Assembly (NCBI RefSeq): GCF_018977255.1
Contig: NW_024704742.1
Coordinates: 102,612,001 to 102,676,000, forward strand
Source: Callorhinchus milii
Taxonomy: Eukaryota
Length of the DNA: 64,000 nt
Reading direction: 5' to 3'
Below are positions 62,956-64,000 of this stretch, piece after piece. The notes under the pieces are model-generated. The model searched no databases, had not been told where the DNA came from, and saw only the letters and a list, made by a program, of their open reading frames with translations. Within the stretch, counting starts at the first letter, position 1; every line of letters begins with the position of its first letter. A program made the position numbers and the translations under genes.

Positions 62956-64000
62956 AAATCTACTCAGATCTTCTCAAACCAGTTTTCTAATCTATTGGTA
63001 AGTTTGCTGCAACAGAATATATCAAGAATCACATATCAATGGGGCTGAAAAGCACACTGAACATTTAGCAATATCAGAATTAAAGCTTTTATTGAGCACT
63101 GAGCTTCAACAAATTATCTGGACAAGCACAATTTAAGATACCAGAATTTAATTTGTGAAATTCGCAAATCAGATTTGATACAGTAATTGCTTCTTCTAGT
63201 TTGCAAACATTAATTTGCGAGACAATTCTTGCTCATCGGCTTTTTTGTTGGGTTGTGCCAGGTTTGGGGATTCTCAATTGACCTTTTTGTAAATCTCATA
63301 AATTGGAAATCCCATAATCACAAGTTCAATCTTGTAACACAAAAATAATATTGCATACCAACACATTCATCATTTTCAATCTGATGTTGGAAGTGCTGAT
63401 TATTCTGACAGGGTTGAGATGTTTTGAGAGCAATAAATCAATGGTTATATATCAACATCGCTGTCTTGTAAACACACTATTAAATCTTAATGTAGTGTAC
63501 AACCATGCCTTCCTGTGCTGCTGTGCACCAATATAAGCCATTTTAATCTACAGTGTATATGCAATGGATATTGCATAATAAGCATTTTAAATGGTAAATA
63601 AAAGAATATTTTCAATAACTTCAAACAGTTGTAGAAAATATATAAGCACTGAACAAAACATCACTTAACCTGCTCTACAGGCATAAATATTCCCCTCAGT
63701 CATTTCTTCAAGTTTCCCTACTGCATCCCAAGTTTTACTTCTTTTATTAAACTGAATTGTGCGGAGCTCACATTTTCCTAACCACTGAATCTCAGCAAAA
63801 CTGTTGAAAAGTCATTCCCATATTGTGAGTCTAACTGCTTGGAGGATTTTCAACTACTTCTAATTTCAGCCAATCTACTCCATCCTTTTGAAACTTCACT
63901 TTGACTATTTAAAAGTAATCTGTTGTCAATAAAACAAAATCACTGCATGAAAAATCATCACTGAGTGCAACAGTGGTGCCCAATCCTTTTCAATATTGAA

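Noticed and set aside
63670..63780. Possible upstream COMMD10 exon ending ...GTAGAGCAG|gttaag
   Set aside because: The frame reads LRGIFMPVEQ, not the expected LVLETISFILEQ-like peptide; the true upstream exon probably lies beyond the window end.

Overview
Eukaryotic (vertebrate) genomic DNA, not a prokaryotic or phage region. The repeat content (L2 and CR1 LINEs, Deu-domain SINEs, a shark-type Penelope element) points to a cartilaginous fish, possibly a chimaera; this is an inference. The only clearly supported host coding sequence is two minus-strand exons of COMMD10: 59499-59654 (156 nt) and 58802-58912 (111 nt), both with AG/GT boundaries and phase 0. Positions 1-58801 appear to be one very large COMMD10 intron, since I found no exon for the C-terminus. 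The rest is dense with decayed mobile elements: about 16 L2 fragments of two 3'-tail types, CR1 fragments, a young tRNA-derived SINE with an L2-type tail, and many older Deu-domain SINEs. There is also a nested cluster at 38.9-40.6 kb (DeuSINE > Tigger-like DNA transposon > Penelope with a decayed hammerhead motif, plus a SINE). Two copies of a non-autonomous Helitron family lie in inverted orientation on either side of the two exons. Nearly all ORF-track entries are TE fragments or chance ORFs. I see no intact transposase or RT gene and no novel multi-gene system. TE boundaries are read by eye (about +/-20 nt) unless stated as exact.
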